Part shown: piece by piece, positions 14,036 through 27,615 of the stretch | Layout of the letters: each line of letters begins with the position of its first letter | How positions within the stretch are numbered: position 1 is the first letter of the stretch | Assembly: GCA_043228905.1 (NCBI GenBank) | Contig: JBHGNT010000010.1 | Coordinates: forward strand, 22,134,001-22,198,000 | Length of the DNA stretch: 64,000 nucleotides | Reading direction: 5' to 3' | Source of the DNA: Azolla caroliniana | Lineage: Eukaryota > Plantae > Polypodiophyta | Notes under the pieces: model-generated | What the model was told of the DNA's origin: nothing | Databases searched by the model: none | The model's input: only the letters and a program-made list of their open reading frames with translations | Position numbers and translations under genes: made by a program

Positions 14036-15506
14036 CTAACACAAGGCATAGGGTAATAGTCGTGGCCAATTCCCGACTCGACCGTTGCATGCCTGTACGA
14101 TGGCTTTAACGATAGGTCCATGCCCTCGCTCGATCTTCCCATTTGCTTCCGGATTGTAGGCAGTCGTGAGGGAGAGCTTCACGCCTAGTCTTTCGAAGAG
14201 CTCCGTCGCTTCGTGCGCGTCCAACTCCCCTCGGTCGGCCACTATCTTCCCTACACATCCAGATTGGCAAACAATATCTTCAAGTAAAAATTTACAAGCA
14301 GCTGAAGTCGTCTTATTTGTCAAGGCTCGTCCTTCCACTTGATTTGTCAAGTCTTCCCTTGCCAGCGCTAAGTACTTCATTTGTCCCACTCCCATTGGCA
14401 TCGAGACCAGATCCACCATCCATTTGAAGTGTATGGTGAGTGGGCATGTCGGCTTTAACTCATCACGATGACATATATTTGAATATATTTGGCAAGTTTT
14501 GCAAGTGGACACGAAATGGAGTACATCTTTGTACATGCTTGGCCACCAGTATTTCTCCTTCAACTTTTCGAACGTCGCCCATGTTCCTCTATGACCTGCC
14601 CAAGCACTCTCGTGGAATTCGGTCATCAACGTCTCTTGCTCTTCTTTCTTTACCACCAATCGACGTGGTATTCTTGTCCTTCTTTTTGGATGTCGCCAAA
14701 GGAATCCTCCCTTCAAGAAGTATCGGTAAGCTTTCTTTCGGATTCATAGGGCCTCCTCCTTTGTCAACGAAGCATCTGTCGTCAATGTTCTTAGCAATCT
14801 ACCGATGAGTAACCATTCTCCTTCGTACTCGTTCTCGTTGAAGACGTGGAGGGTTTGCGTGTCCTGGTCTTCCGCCGACAATCGAGCCATCTTGAAGAAG
14901 TCGAGGGCGACATCTTCATCTTCCGAAACCATGTTACTTCCATTTGAAAATCTTGCCCTCGACAGCATGTCAGCCATGGCGTTCTTCTTCCCTGCGATGT
15001 GACGGATCTCTGGGTTTAAAGACTTGATGTAGGCGATCCACCTTAGCATAGCAAGATCTGGGGTCGCACATCCCGAGACCATTCCGAGAATTGGGAGATA
15101 ATCTGTCTCTATTATCACTTCTGACCCGATCAGGTAATCTTTGTCCGTCTTCACTGCCGACACAATACCCCAAAGTTCCCACTTGACTTGGGCATATCTT
15201 TGTTGCCGTTCGCTGAGAACCTTTGCTCCGAACCGGACGACATATCGCGCATTATCTTCACCTTCTTGATTGATGACCCACCCGATTCCGATTGGGCTTG
15301 TATCGACGGTCACGTAAATTGGTTTCCCTTCGGCATAGTCGGCCTTCCTTAGTGCCGGAGCTTCAAGAAGCAGTTTCTTTAATCTTCGCATTGCCTTTGT
15401 GTGCTCGTCTCGCCATTCAAACTTTATTCTTTTCTTTAGTAGTCCATATAACGGTTCGGCGACATGAGCGTAGTGAGGAATCCATATATGATAAAACGCG
15501 CACGCT
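14036..15506 (-). pseudogene. Gypsy pol C-terminal part: RNase H and truncated integrase
   Basis: ORFs 14744-15391 and 14036-14716 are in the same frame, separated by one TGA; HHCC zinc finger and DDE core motifs present. Confidence 0.9.
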
Positions 15507-15511
15507 CCAAG

Positions 15512-15914
15512 TGTTGAGCGGCAAGCTCAACCGGAGCCGGATCAACTGAATAAGCCGGAGCCGGTAAGCGAGACGGATCGGGCGGAACGGATCGGTATGA
15601 TGGTGAGCAACCGAACCGGCAAGCAGTGGAGGCCGGGTGCAATCCGTAACCGGAAGTCCAATCGGAAGCCTAGTATAGGATAGACTACTAGGTAGCTATA
15701 GTCTCGTAGTAAGTGTTAGATGCTCGAGTGAGCATTGAAGTACATGGTACTTCTGTCAGTCCCAAGAGGACTTGTATAAATAGTGCTACTTAACACAGTG
15801 TATATACAGAGAGTCTTGATATAATTTTGAAAGTGTGTTTTGCTCTCTCTGTCTCTGTGTGTGTGTGTGTGTGTTGTTCTCTGTTTTACGCTTCCGCAAA
15901 CACTTACGTTTACA
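15512..15914 (+). repeat. 5' LTR of copia A
   Basis: TGTTGAGCGG...CGTTTACA; direct repeat of 21046-21458 with ~11 substitutions by eye plus a differing microsatellite. Confidence 0.95.
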
Positions 15915-15926
15915 TGGTATCAGAGC
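15915..15926 (+). promoter_or_regulatory. Primer binding site (tRNA-iMet) of copia A
   Basis: TGGTATCAGAGC immediately after the LTR-terminal CA. Confidence 0.95.
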
Positions 15927-16008
15927 GCGAGGGTTGAGAACCTCTGCTGCAGACATTTACTCTTGAGAAGAAAACCCTAACAGGTCGAAAACAGACACAG
16001 TAGAAGAC

Positions 16009-19000
16009 ATGGATAGAGGCATGGCTACGTCGCTCTCGGTGGAGAAGCTCGACAGGAGCAACTACGCATCCTGGTCTTACAAGATGCACCAGTACCTGCT
16101 TGGACACGGGTACTGGAGTTATGTTGAAGGAGCGAATGATGCGGCGCCAGACTCAGCACACAAGGACTTCCCGGTATGGGAACAGGCGGCAAGCAGGGTG
16201 ATGTACTGCTTCGCGTCCAGTGTCGGCGATCAGCTGCTCAGCCACATCCGTGACGCCAAGACACCGAAGGATGCTTGGGGGAACCTGAAAAAGGTTTTCG
16301 CCGCAACCACCACTGCCCGGAAGCTGCAACTCAGACAAGAGTTGAGCAATGTTCAACAGAAGAACATGTCCGTGGCAGACTACACGGGCCGGATAAAGGA
16401 GATCTGCGACTCGCTCGCCTCTATCAATGTTACCATAGAGGAAGACGAGATGGTGCAGGTATGTCTCAGAGGCCTGGCGTCCAAGTTCGGAGCGTTCCAG
16501 ACTGCGGTGTGTACAAGGGAGAATACCCCCTCATTCTTCGACTTACAGTCGATGCTCCTTGTAGAGGAGAACCACGCCGGTGCATCTACCAGTGCATCCC
16601 CGGACAACCGAATGTTGTACACGGGAACGGATCTGTTCCGTGGGCGTGGTGGAAGAGGTGGGTCGGCACGCAATGGAGGCAGCCGGCAAGAGCAGGAACG
16701 GAGGCACTATGAGCGTGCCGACAGCAGTTCCGGGACTTCCACAAGCAGGGGGAGTCAAGGCGGCGCCGGAGGCTGGCAAGACAAATCCGCTACGGAATGC
16801 TGGTACTGTGGCAAAAAAGGCCATAGGGAAAGCGAGTGCTGGAGAAAGCGTGCCGATTCGGACAAATCCGGATCCGGCAAGACCGGTAAGGATGGCCGGC
16901 AAAACTCGCACTACGCAAACAGATCAAGAGGATCCGGAACTAGAAAGGCCGGTAAGGGGCCAGCCTTGGTGATGAATCACAAGGCAAACTCAATGAAGAA
17001 GACCACTTCCAAAATGGAGGAAGTGTGGTATGTTGATTCCGGCGTGTCGAACCACATGACGAGCCACAAAGAGTTGTTCTCCTTTCTGGAGAAACCGGAT
17101 CAACCAGGAGTAGTCGAAACCGGAGACGACACTCCTCACCCAATCGTGCACGTCGGAGAAGTCCCTCTAAGCCAAGTCGGACAGAAAGGGAAGCTGATGA
17201 ACGTATTACACGTTCCGACAATCACGAAGAACCTGGTGTCCGTCGGTCAGATTGTCGACCAGGGGATGCATGTGCGGTTTACGCACCTCGGGTGCTTCAT
17301 TGAGGATGAGGGCGAAGTCATTGCGCAAGGGCGCAGAGACGGGAGGATGTTTATCCTCAACACCAATGACTTTGGCACCGCTCTGTTCGCGAAACGACAG
17401 AAGGTCGAGTCGGACATCGACCTGTGGCACAAGCTGATAGGCCACGTTGACTACTAGAGGCTTCAAGATCTGCAAACGAAACAAGTCGTTTTCGGTTTGC
17501 CGAAGTTCAGCGGCCGGAGAGCCGAAATTTGTGAAGCCTACCAACTTGGGAAGCAACACCGGCTTCCATTCCCCACCAAACGGAACCGGAGCCGTAACAA
17601 GCTCGATCTCATCCATTCGAATGTGTGGGGACCGGCACAAAGTGTAAGCCTTGGCGGGAGCCGATACTTCGTCTCCTTCATCGACGACTATACTCGACAT
17701 ACTTGGATCTACCTCATTGAGCGGAAGAGCGAAGTCTTCGACTGTTTCCGGAGCCTCCAGAAGATGGTGGAACGGGAATCAGAGAAGAAGATCAAATGCC
17801 TTCGGTCGGATGGCGGAAAGGAATATTTTTCCGGCCAATTCACTAGTTATCTGTAGCAGAAGGGAATTCGGCGAGAGTTCAGCTGCAGATACACACCGGA
17901 GCAAAACGGTGTGGCCGAAAGGAAGAACCGGACACTCGTCGAAGCGGCAAGGGCAATGCTGGAGGAAAAGAGCATGCCCCGGTTCTACTGGGCGGAGGCG
18001 GTTCAGACGGCCGTCTACATACAAAACCGCATTGGTGACAAGGTGTCAACTCATGAGCTGTATTTCGAGCGCAAGCTGAACTTAAAACACCTTCGGATAT
18101 TCGGCAGCATAGCGTATGTGCATGTGCCGGATCAGAAGCGGAGAAAGCTGGATGCAAAATCGGAAAAATGCATCCTAGTCGGCTATGCTCAAGAGCAAAA
18201 GGGGTATAAGTGCTATAACCCCCGGACGAAGGAAGTCTGAGTTAGCCGGGATGTCGAGTTCGACGAATCGGCATCCTGGTACTCCGTACCGACTTCGACT
18301 TCCGATCCCGACCCAATGCCGGAAGATTAGGCTAGTGAGCCTGAATCAGCCCTGGCAGAGGATGATGAAGCCGAGACTCAAGATGAGAGTCCGGAATCAT
18401 TACGGTTGAGTGGACCGAACGAGCAACTGAGTTAGTTGGACCAGTCGGATGAAGAGACGGGAAGTGGTGGAGACTCTCCCGTGCTCTCCCTGCGCAAGGA
18501 ACCAAGGAAATGGTTCACGCGCAAAGAGAAGGGGAAAAGGAAGATGCTGGAATTCGAAACCGGCAACGATGAGTCGGATCGGTGCGTATCCGACTCCGGA
18601 AAGGAGAAAGGCAGATCTTCGACAACGAAGACCAAACTGGCCAAGAAGGGCCTCAAATCAGGTGACGGTGTGTTGCGCCGATCAACCCGCCAGAAGGATC
18701 CCTTCATACGGTACGGGTACAATGAATACATGGCGCATCATTATGCGTACATGACTAAGGTGACAGAAGTGCGTGAGCCGGAGAGCTACGCAGAAGCGGC
18801 AAAGGCCGCAAATTGGCGTGCCGCTATGGACGAAGAAATGCGGGCACTCGATGCCAACGAAACTTGGGACCTAGTTGATCCTCCCCGTCACTGTAAACCA
18901 ATCGGATGCAAGTGGGTGTACAAGGTCAAGTACAACGCTGACGGTTCTGTTAACCGGTACAAAGCCCGGTTAGTGGCGAAGGGATACGCGTAGACCCACG

Positions 19001-20901
19001 GAATCGACTACGACGAGACCTTCGCTCCTGTGGCGAAGATGACGACGGTTCGTGTGGTACTGGCGGTTGCTGCGGCAAGGGGGTGGCATCTTCACCAGAT
19101 GGATGTGAAGAACGCCTTCCTTCAAGGAGAGCTTGAAGAAGAAGTCTTTATGACTCAGCCCCCCGGATTTCAATCGGAGATGAACGAGTCGGCGGTATGC
19201 CGACTGAAGAAGTTGCTTTACGGCTTGAAGCAAGCCCCCCGAGCCTGGAACGCGAAGATCACGCACCGGTTGCGTAAGCTGGGGTTTGTTGTCTCTAAGT
19301 CGGACTCTTCGTTATTCATCCGGCAAGGCTCTGACGGTCTGGTATGTATACTCTTGTATGTGGATGATTTAGTCATCACCGGACCAGGTCTTCCCAAAAT
19401 CAACCGCGTCAAGTCCCAGTTGTCGGACGCATTCGAAATGAAGGACCTAGGGGACATTCAATATTTTCTTGGGATCGAAGTGATCCGAATCCCCGACGGC
19501 ATATTGCTCTCACAACGACATTACGTGTTGAATATGCTGTATAAGTTCGGCATGACGGATTGCCGACCTGTCTCCACACCCCTGGATCGGAACCAGAAGC
19601 TCCGTCCCAACTCCGGACCGGCCTGCAATGAGAAACGGTTCCGACAGGTTGTCGGAAGCCTGATCTACTTAACCATCACCCGACCCGACATCAGCTATCC
19701 GGTCGGCATGGTAAGTCAGTTCATGCAGAAGCCGACCGTGGAGCACCTTCAGTGCGCGCAACGAATATTACGGTATGTCAGCAGCACTAAGGACCGGGGA
19801 CTGCTATACCGGCGAGGTATACCCGAAGAGCTTGTCGGTTACACAGATGTTGACTGGGCCGGCGATGCGTCTGATCGCCGCTCCACTTCCAGATACATGT
19901 TCTCCATAGGTAGCGCGGTTGTTGCGTGGAGCAGCAAGAAGCAGCCCACAGTGGCTTTGTCAAGCACTAAGGCTGAGTACCGGGCCACTACTGTTGCCAC
20001 TTGTGAAGCCATCTGGCTTCGGCGACTGCTGCGAGACTTGCGGATCGAGGTACCGACCCCGATCCCGATTTACTGCGATAACATGAGCAGCCTGCAGCTC
20101 GCTAGGAACCCTGTGTTCCATGCTCGCACAAAGCACATCGAGGTGCACTACCACTTCGTGCATGAGCGGGTCCTGAGCGGTGAAGTTGACCTACGGTATG
20201 TTCATACGGATCGGCAAGTTGCCGACATCTTCACCAAGCCGCTCGGATCGGACAAGTTGCAACACTTTACCGACATGCTTGGTATTCAGCATCTCGACGT
20301 GCCGCACTTGAGGGGGAGAAGCAAGGGCAAAGTCTCTATCGAAACGGGCAAAGGCCAAAAAACTGTTGAACCCGTCGGTAAGAGGAGAGCCGGAAGAAGA
20401 GGAGACAAGAAGATGAAGGAAGCCGAGTCGACGAAGGAAGTCGACACATCCGAACAGGTCGGAGCAAGTGGCTGTGAAGAAGAATTGTGCACTCAGGAAG
20501 AGAAGTGCATGCTGTGCGGAGGTCATCACGACGGTACTGACCATGATGCGGAGTCGAATGAAGAATTCGATTTCGGTTCACCGGCTGAAGAAGCCGAGGG
20601 AAGCATGGAGAAGGCCAAGACTCGGAAGTGGTCCGATGTGGTGAGAGGCCTGAAGCCGGAAGTCGAATCGGAGTGTACCGATTCGGACAAGAGCTGGAAC
20701 GAGTCGGTGACAGCTGACTCGGATCAACAGATGGATCCAGATGAGTCGGATCGACTGAAGGCCAAGGGGACACGGACACAGCAGAAGTCGATGCCATCGT
20801 GGAAGAACCGACGGATCAGCAAGCGCCAGAGTCACAACAACGTGAGTGCTGAGATGGGCCTATTGAGCAGACATGCCGACCGAGAGGGTCGAGGCGCGTA
20901 G
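16009..20901 (+). pseudogene. Copia A gag-pol polyprotein, single frame with six premature stops
   Basis: ORF pieces 16009, 17497, 17911, 18436 and 19030 share one frame; stops at 17455, 17854, 18238, 18328, 18433, 18991. Motifs: [52 protein letters not shown]. Confidence 0.93.
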
Positions 20902-21045
20902 AACCAAAGGGGTCGCGGCAAACGGGACCGGACCGGACGAGGAGCGCAAGCAAGGCGGAGTGACGCCAGGAGAAGTCGGTTGGAAGAACCGACTACCACA
21001 GAGGTCGACACTATGACCCCACCTCAGGTTGAGCTTGAGGGGGAG

Positions 21046-21458
21046 TGTTGAACGGCAAGCTCAACCGGAGCCGGATCGGCTGAATAAGCCGGAGCCGGTA
21101 AACGAGACGGATCGGGCGAAACGGATCGGTATGACGGTGAGCAACCGAACCGGCAAGCAGTGGAGGCCGGGTGCAATCCGTAACCGGAAGTCCAATCGGA
21201 AGCCTAGTATAGGATAGACTACTAGGTAGCTATAGTCTCGTAGTAAGTGTCAGATGCTCGTGTGAGCATTGAAGTACATGGTACTTCTGTCAGTCCCAAG
21301 AGAACTTGTATAAATAGTGCTACTTAACACAGTGTAGATACAGATAGTCTTGATATAATTTTGAAAGTGTGTTCTACTCTCTCTGTCTCTCTCTGTCTCT
21401 GTCTCTCTCTCTCTCTGTGGTTCTCTGTTTTACGCTTCCGCAAACACTTACGTTTACA
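21046..21458 (+). repeat. 3' LTR of copia A
   Basis: Follows PPT CTTGAGGGGGAG; ends in CA followed by TSD CCAAG. Confidence 0.95.
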
Positions 21459-22438
21459 CCAAGGAACCTTCGAACCTCCGTTTGGTTTTCGCATTCTTCT
21501 TTCATGTCTTGGATTGCGTTCACTTTGGATGGCGAAGGCTTCCGGCCGAATGCTCCACACAAGTGACCTACCACCAAGATCTCTGGTTGCCCGAATGCGG
21601 ATTTTTCTCCTGAAAATGTCAAATTCGCATCTTCGAGCCTTTGAAGCACCTTCTCGCAATCTTTCATATGATCCGCAACGAACTTTCTACAACCTTCCTT
21701 ATCTTTCGATTCATCTTTCTCCTCATCCGAACATCCTTTTATCGGAATATCATCCAAGAATGGCATCGTGATGTCCGGGATGCAATCCTTCAAGACTTTA
21801 TTCATGGCATTCACCATATGAGCAACCGAGTTCGTTGCGCCTTGGGGTAAGGTACACATCCGCACAAGCCCGATCGGAGTCCTCATGGTTGTAATGTCCC
21901 GACTGTCGATCGCCAATTGGAATTGGTCATATCCGGAGAAGAGATCGCCAATGGAGTAGATGGACCGGCCCGCAAACGCTTTGGCAAATTCGTCCACGCT
22001 TGGACCGATTCCGGCATTTCGAATTGTCACCTTGTTGACGGGTTGAAGATTTTGGATGAATCGCAATGATCCATTCTTCTTCGGCACCGTGAACCACCTA
22101 TTGGAATAAGGAGCATTCGACGGTTCTAGAATTCCCATACTCACCTTCTCCTTTAAGAGCTCGATCAGCTTCGGAAGGTGTGCTCTCGGAACCGGTATCG
22201 GTTTCAAATTCCAAGGCACATGAGGCACCGTGAAGATCACCATCGGCTCTATAACCTTTGGGTCGGCGCATCCGATTTCTTGTGGGAAGAATGCGAAAGC
22301 CTTCCCATGTCTCTCAAGCATATCGCGAAACATTCGCTCTTCTTCAGGGAGAAGGAAATCCTCCTTTCCAACTCGTAGCTTCCCCTTCGTCTCTTTGGTG
22401 AAGACATGACCTATCTTCTTCGGATCTCTTAAGCTTGG
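21459..22438 (-). pseudogene. Gypsy reverse transcriptase segment between the two copia insertions
   Basis: ORF 21374-22471: PYSNRWFTVPKKNGSLRFIQ, DLFSGYDQF, LPQGATNS, PFLDDI; its two ends run into the copia LTRs. Confidence 0.92.
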
Positions 22439-22609
22439 TGTCGAATACATGTGTATAATGGACGTATTCACACTATCCCGTTTTGGCCATTTATGTAATT
22501 AGCATAAAGGGTAGTTGCCCTAAGTCGGTCACTATATATAGTGACCTTGTAACCTTTTTGTAAGGTTGGGTGTTGTATTATTGCTTTATGGAATAAGGAG
22601 TCTTGTGTG

Positions 22610-22650
<41 letters not shown>

Positions 22651-22736
22651 AACGACCTACAAACTGTCATACGCAGGTATTCAGAACACAATCAAATGCT
22701 ACTTGATCTTCCGCACAGACGACTTTGTCTCCAACA
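22439..22736 (+). repeat. 5' LTR of copia B
   Basis: Identical to 27616-27909 by eye except within the (CT)n tract. Confidence 0.95.
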
Positions 22737-23409
22737 TCTGGTATCAGAGCCTGCACAGTAGTCGGTCCTTCAATCCGCTGTCGGCCGTCGTCTCAGCATT
22801 CGGTTTCCTGCGTCATTCGAAAAAGAGAGAAGAAGAAGAAAAACGAGGCATGCATCTCATCGCGTTAGATCATCTTTGCTTGGAGTAAGCCAGCAGGTTG
22901 TACTCCGTTCCTTATGATCGTAACCGCTCGAGGTGAAATCCCCTTGTGCAACTTTGACACGATCGTGCTCCATTCGGTTAAACGGCATCCGAAGAGGTCA
23001 TCAAACGCTGCTCGCCGCTCGTTGTAACCACTCGGTGCAGATCGGTCTCAAGACAACAACCCCAAATTCGTGCTTCATCTGGCTGATCGACATTCGGGAG
23101 GATCAGTTGGATCTGTCTCTCTCGTCGCTGCAGCCACCCGAAGCAGAATCGGTCCAGATAATCGGTTTCAATAATCGGTATTCGGCATATATATCCGAAG
23201 CGAACCGGGCTCACTCCGACTCGGCAACATTCGGGAAGACCAGTCGGTTCTGTCCCTCAAGTTACCGGAGTCAATTCGAGCAAGTTCCGAAGCCGAACCG
23301 ACTCGGGTTCAAATCCGACTAGAACGATATCGGGTGAGCCAACTGGCTGCACTCCAACAAGGTTCGTAGTCAACTCCGAACCGAGCTTCGTCAACCAAAA
23401 CCGAACTTG

Positions 23410-26400
23410 ATGGCATCAACATCCGGCTCGTCAGAAATGAGTCTACGAAAGTTCGATGGATCGAACTTCAACTTCTGGAAGGAACAAATGCAGGACTATC
23501 TCATAGTCAAGGGGCAAATCGATCCCATCGAAAATGAAGAACCTCCAGAAGGATACAAACCAATTGAGTGGCAGAAGCTGGACAGAATCGTCCGCGCCAC
23601 GATTCGGATGCACCTATCGGAATCGGTATACTTTACGGTGCAATCGTGTATGACAGCATTCGAACTGTGGAAAACACTGTCGGACACTTACGAAAAGAAG
23701 GTCGCCGCAACGAAGATGTTTCTGATCCGGCGCCTCTACAACTTGCGGATGAAAGAATCCGATTCGGTTCAAGCACATCTCAATGAGTACGAAAGCATAA
23801 GCTCCCAAATCTCATCTCAGGGGACGGCAATCGAGGATGAACTCAGAGCAATGATACTCATGAGCAGCCTTCCCTCATCATGGGAAACTTTCGTCACAAC
23901 CGTGTGCAACGCGTCAACCACGGCTGTTAAATACTCCGAAGTCACGAGCGCAATCCTGACCGAAGCAGCTCGGAGAAAGTCTTTCGCCAAAGACTCAACA
24001 GACGACGCTTATGTAGTACAAGGTTCGACAGACCGATCGAACATACGAGGAAGAGATTCCTCACGGCCGCCGAACAATCAGCGAAGACGGAGCCAGTCAC
24101 GGGATAACCGAATCTGCAACTATTGCAAGAAACCCGGACACATCAAAGCCGACTGCCGCGCACTCAAGAACAAGAACAACAAGAAGAGTGGCCGGCATGA
24201 GGAGATCAATTACGTCAGCTTCTCAGCTGATGTACTACCGGACGACCCGAATATACTATCAATCGAAAATCCAGTCGGATCAGAAGTTCTACTCACGACT
24301 GAAGAATCGAGCACATGGCTCTTAGATTCGGGCGCGTCATTTCACGTGACTCCTCATCGATCCCAATTTCGGCAATATACGATCCGTCACTCCGACTCAG
24401 TTCGGGTCGGCAACTCGCAACACTGTGACATCATTGGAATCGGCACAGTAGAGCTCAACCTTGCAGGTGGCTCTACACTTGTACTTCACAATGTCCGACA
24501 TGTACCCGAGCTCTCAAGGCCATTGATCTCAGTCGGACAACTAGATGAAGACGGCATTCGTGCCGGTTTTTCTTCGGGAGGGTGGACACTCCACAGGGGG
24601 AACCTCCTGCTTGCTAGAGGACCCAAGATACACTCATTGTATCCGTTACATGTTACGCTCAGAGAGGGTAACCTGTTTTTGGTGGATATTCCTGTGTCAT
24701 CACTATGGCACAGAAGATTAGGACACCTCAGCAAGGCCGGCATCACGCACCTATCTAGAGCCGGATACATCCCTAAACTCTCCTTCTCCGACCATCAATT
24801 CTGCGAGCATTGTCAGTATGGCAAACAAGCAGTCGCATCACACCCGACATCAGCACCAAGAGAAACGAGACCCCTCGATTTAGTCCACTCGGACGTCTGT
24901 GGCCCAATGCCGCATCAGTCTCTTGGTGGTGCCTCTTACTTCGTCAGTTTTATTGACGATTCGACTCGAAAGGTGTGGGCTTATCCAATTCGCACTAAAG
25001 ATCGTGTCTTCTCGATCTTCACCGATTGGCTCGCTATGGTAGAAAATCAAACCGACCGAAAGCTGAAATGCTTTCGAACCGACAACGGGGGAGAGTTCAA
25101 ATCAGAAGAATTCGTCAAATTCTGCCGACAACGCGGCATCCGACGTGAATTTACGGCACCACACAGCCCGGAGCAAAACGGATTGCCGAACGCATGAATC
25201 GCACAATCCAAGAACGGATAGTCTCCATGCTCCAACACTCCGGACTGTCGGATGGCTTCTGGGCAGAGGCTCTACTCACGGCAGTACACATAATCAATAT
25301 GTCGCCAAGTAGACCTCTAGGACTTCAAATTCCTCAGGAACTATGGATCGGCAGTAAGCCGAATTACGACAAGCTGAGGATCTTCGGATGCGAGGCGTAC
25401 GCCCTCATTCCGAAAGATGATCGCCGAAAACTTGCACCTCGGTCCAGGAAATGCATTTTCCTCGGATATGGATCCGACGGCGAAATGGGATACCGACTCT
25501 GGGACCCCGAACGCAGACAAATCGTTCGAAGTTCGGACGTTGTGTTCAACGAGTCGGCTATGAATCCATCAGTCGAAAAACCGATCGAAGTCCGAAGGGT
25601 AACATTTTCCGATGTGCCGACCCTTCAAGAAGGCCCCGCTCTCAACACACGGTCAGCTTCACGGGTAGCTGAACCTTACACTACCGACTCGGACAACCCC
25701 GACTCGGCACAGCAGAACAATCCGCTTTCGGACCATCCGACCACGATACCCGATGCGACCAGTCCAATCATACCTCGACGATCCGAGAGACTGTCGCAAC
25801 CTCCGGAGAGGTATTCTCCTGGAATTTTCTTCACCGACGCCGGCGAACCGACGTCTTACGAAGAAGCATCGACTTCTGTCGATTCAGCCACCTGGCATCT
25901 GGCGATGGAGTCGGAAATGCACTCCATTCGGGCAAACAAGACCTGGGATCTGGTCGAATTACCTAAGAATCGACGTGCTCTTCCTTGCAAGTGGGTTTAT
26001 CGACTAAAAGAGACGTCTGATTCGACCACCCCAAAGTACAAGGCCAGATTAGTTGCGAAGGGCTTCCGACAAGAATATGGCGTCGACTTCGACGAGATTT
26101 TTTCACCAGTGGTGAAAATGACAACCCTTCTTTTTCTACTCGGCGTAGTGGCAGCCGACAACTTGGAGCTGATTCAGCTAGATGTCAAAACAGCCTTCCT
26201 CCATGGTGATCTCGAGGAGGAAATTTATATGGAGCAGCCAAAAGGCTTCGTGGCAACTGGCCAAGAACATCTAGTCTGCCGCCTCAGGAAGAGTCTATAC
26301 GGCCTCAAACAGGCACCGCGACAATGGTACAAGAAGTTCGACGACTTCATCCAATCGATCGGCTTCTCAAAAAGCGATGAGGACCATTGTCTCTTTACCA

Positions 26401-27422
26401 ACACAGCTCAAGATGGATCACCCATCTTCCTCATCATTTACGTGGACGACATGCTAATTTCTGGACGCCACGCGGGCGAACTTGCCGATCTCATTCGGCA
26501 ACTGCGGTTGAAGTTTGCCATGAAGGACCTCGGTCCGGCACGACACATCCTTGGCATGAAGATTAGTCGGCATCGCGATAAACGACATCTTTTTTTGTCT
26601 CAGACCGACTATATCGGACGTGTCTTGGAACGCTTCAACATGCAATCAGCCAAATCTGCTTCAACCCCGCTCCCCATGAATCTTCGGCTCTCTCAGCGAG
26701 ACTGCCCGACATCCGGTCCGGAGGGGGAAGATATGAAGTCGGTACCGTATGCACCGACAGTCGGCTCCCTTATGTACCTGATGGTCGCGACACGGCCTGA
26801 TATCTCTCATGCCGTAGGAGTCGTTAGCAGATTTATGCACAATCCTGGCCGATCGCATTGGAACGCAGTCAAGCATGTGTTCAGATATCTGGCTGGCACA
26901 AAAGACCACGGCATTCTTTTCGGTCCGAACCGAACCTCAGGCGTAGTCGGTTACACCGACTCGGATTTCGCCGGCTGTATAGACAGTCGGAAATCAACAA
27001 CCGGATACTGCTTCAAATTCGGCAATGGAGCAATCTCGTGGAAGTCGAAACTTCAGGAGTGCACAGCGACCTCAACGACCGAAGCAGAATATGTAGCTGC
27101 GTCCGACGCAGCAAAAGAAGCTTTGTGGCTCGGTCGGCTGGCGCACACGTTTCGACAAGTCGACCATGACTCGGCCCCAGTTGTCTACAGCGACAGTCAA
27201 GGTGCTGTTGCCTTGTCAAAAAATCCGGTTCACCACAACGCCTCCAAACATATCGACGTTCGATATCACTTCGTTCGGGACTGCGTCATCTCAGGGAAAA
27301 TCGGTCTAGAGAAAATATCCACAACCGACAATGTCGCAGATCGAATGACCAAGTGTCTCTCGGCAGACCGCTTTCGGTCTCTTCGGCATCAGATGGGCGT
27401 AACGACAAACCAGTCCGGTTAG
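23410..27422 (+). CDS. Copia B gag-pol polyprotein with one 1-nt frameshift in the integrase (~25185)
   Basis: ORFs 23407-25197 (gag, CNYCKKPGHIKADC, WLLDSGAS, WHRRLGH, RTDNGGEF) and 25194-27422 (integrase end, [13 protein letters not shown], RNase H). GGATTGCCGAACGCATG is one base short of the conserved QNG-x-AERMNRT. Confidence 0.9.
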
Positions 27423-27615
27423 AGCCGGACACAGCGCAGGATGGTTTCCGACAACCGACATCAGTTCCTTAATGATCGGCTTCAACTGTTCCGACCCGAC
27501 CAGTTCGGTCTTCTGCCTTCGGACCCTGCCGACTCGAACAAAGCTGATATGTCCGAGAACCTAAGTCTATACCTGTAATCTTAGATAACCCATGTATACG
27601 CCCATTACGGGGGAG

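Larger units (their letters stand above)
15512..21458 (+). mobile_element. Full-length Ty1/copia LTR retrotransposon A, nested in the gypsy pol
   Basis: TG...CA LTRs 15512-15914 and 21046-21458; TSD CCAAG (15507-15511, 21459-21463); PBS TGGTATCAGAGC 15915-15926; PPT 21034-21045; gag-PR-INT-RT-RH order. Confidence 0.97.

Noticed and set aside
25170-25200. Programmed frameshift in copia B
   Set aside because: It falls in the middle of the integrase core with no slippery heptamer; a 1-nt deletion or sequencing error is simpler.
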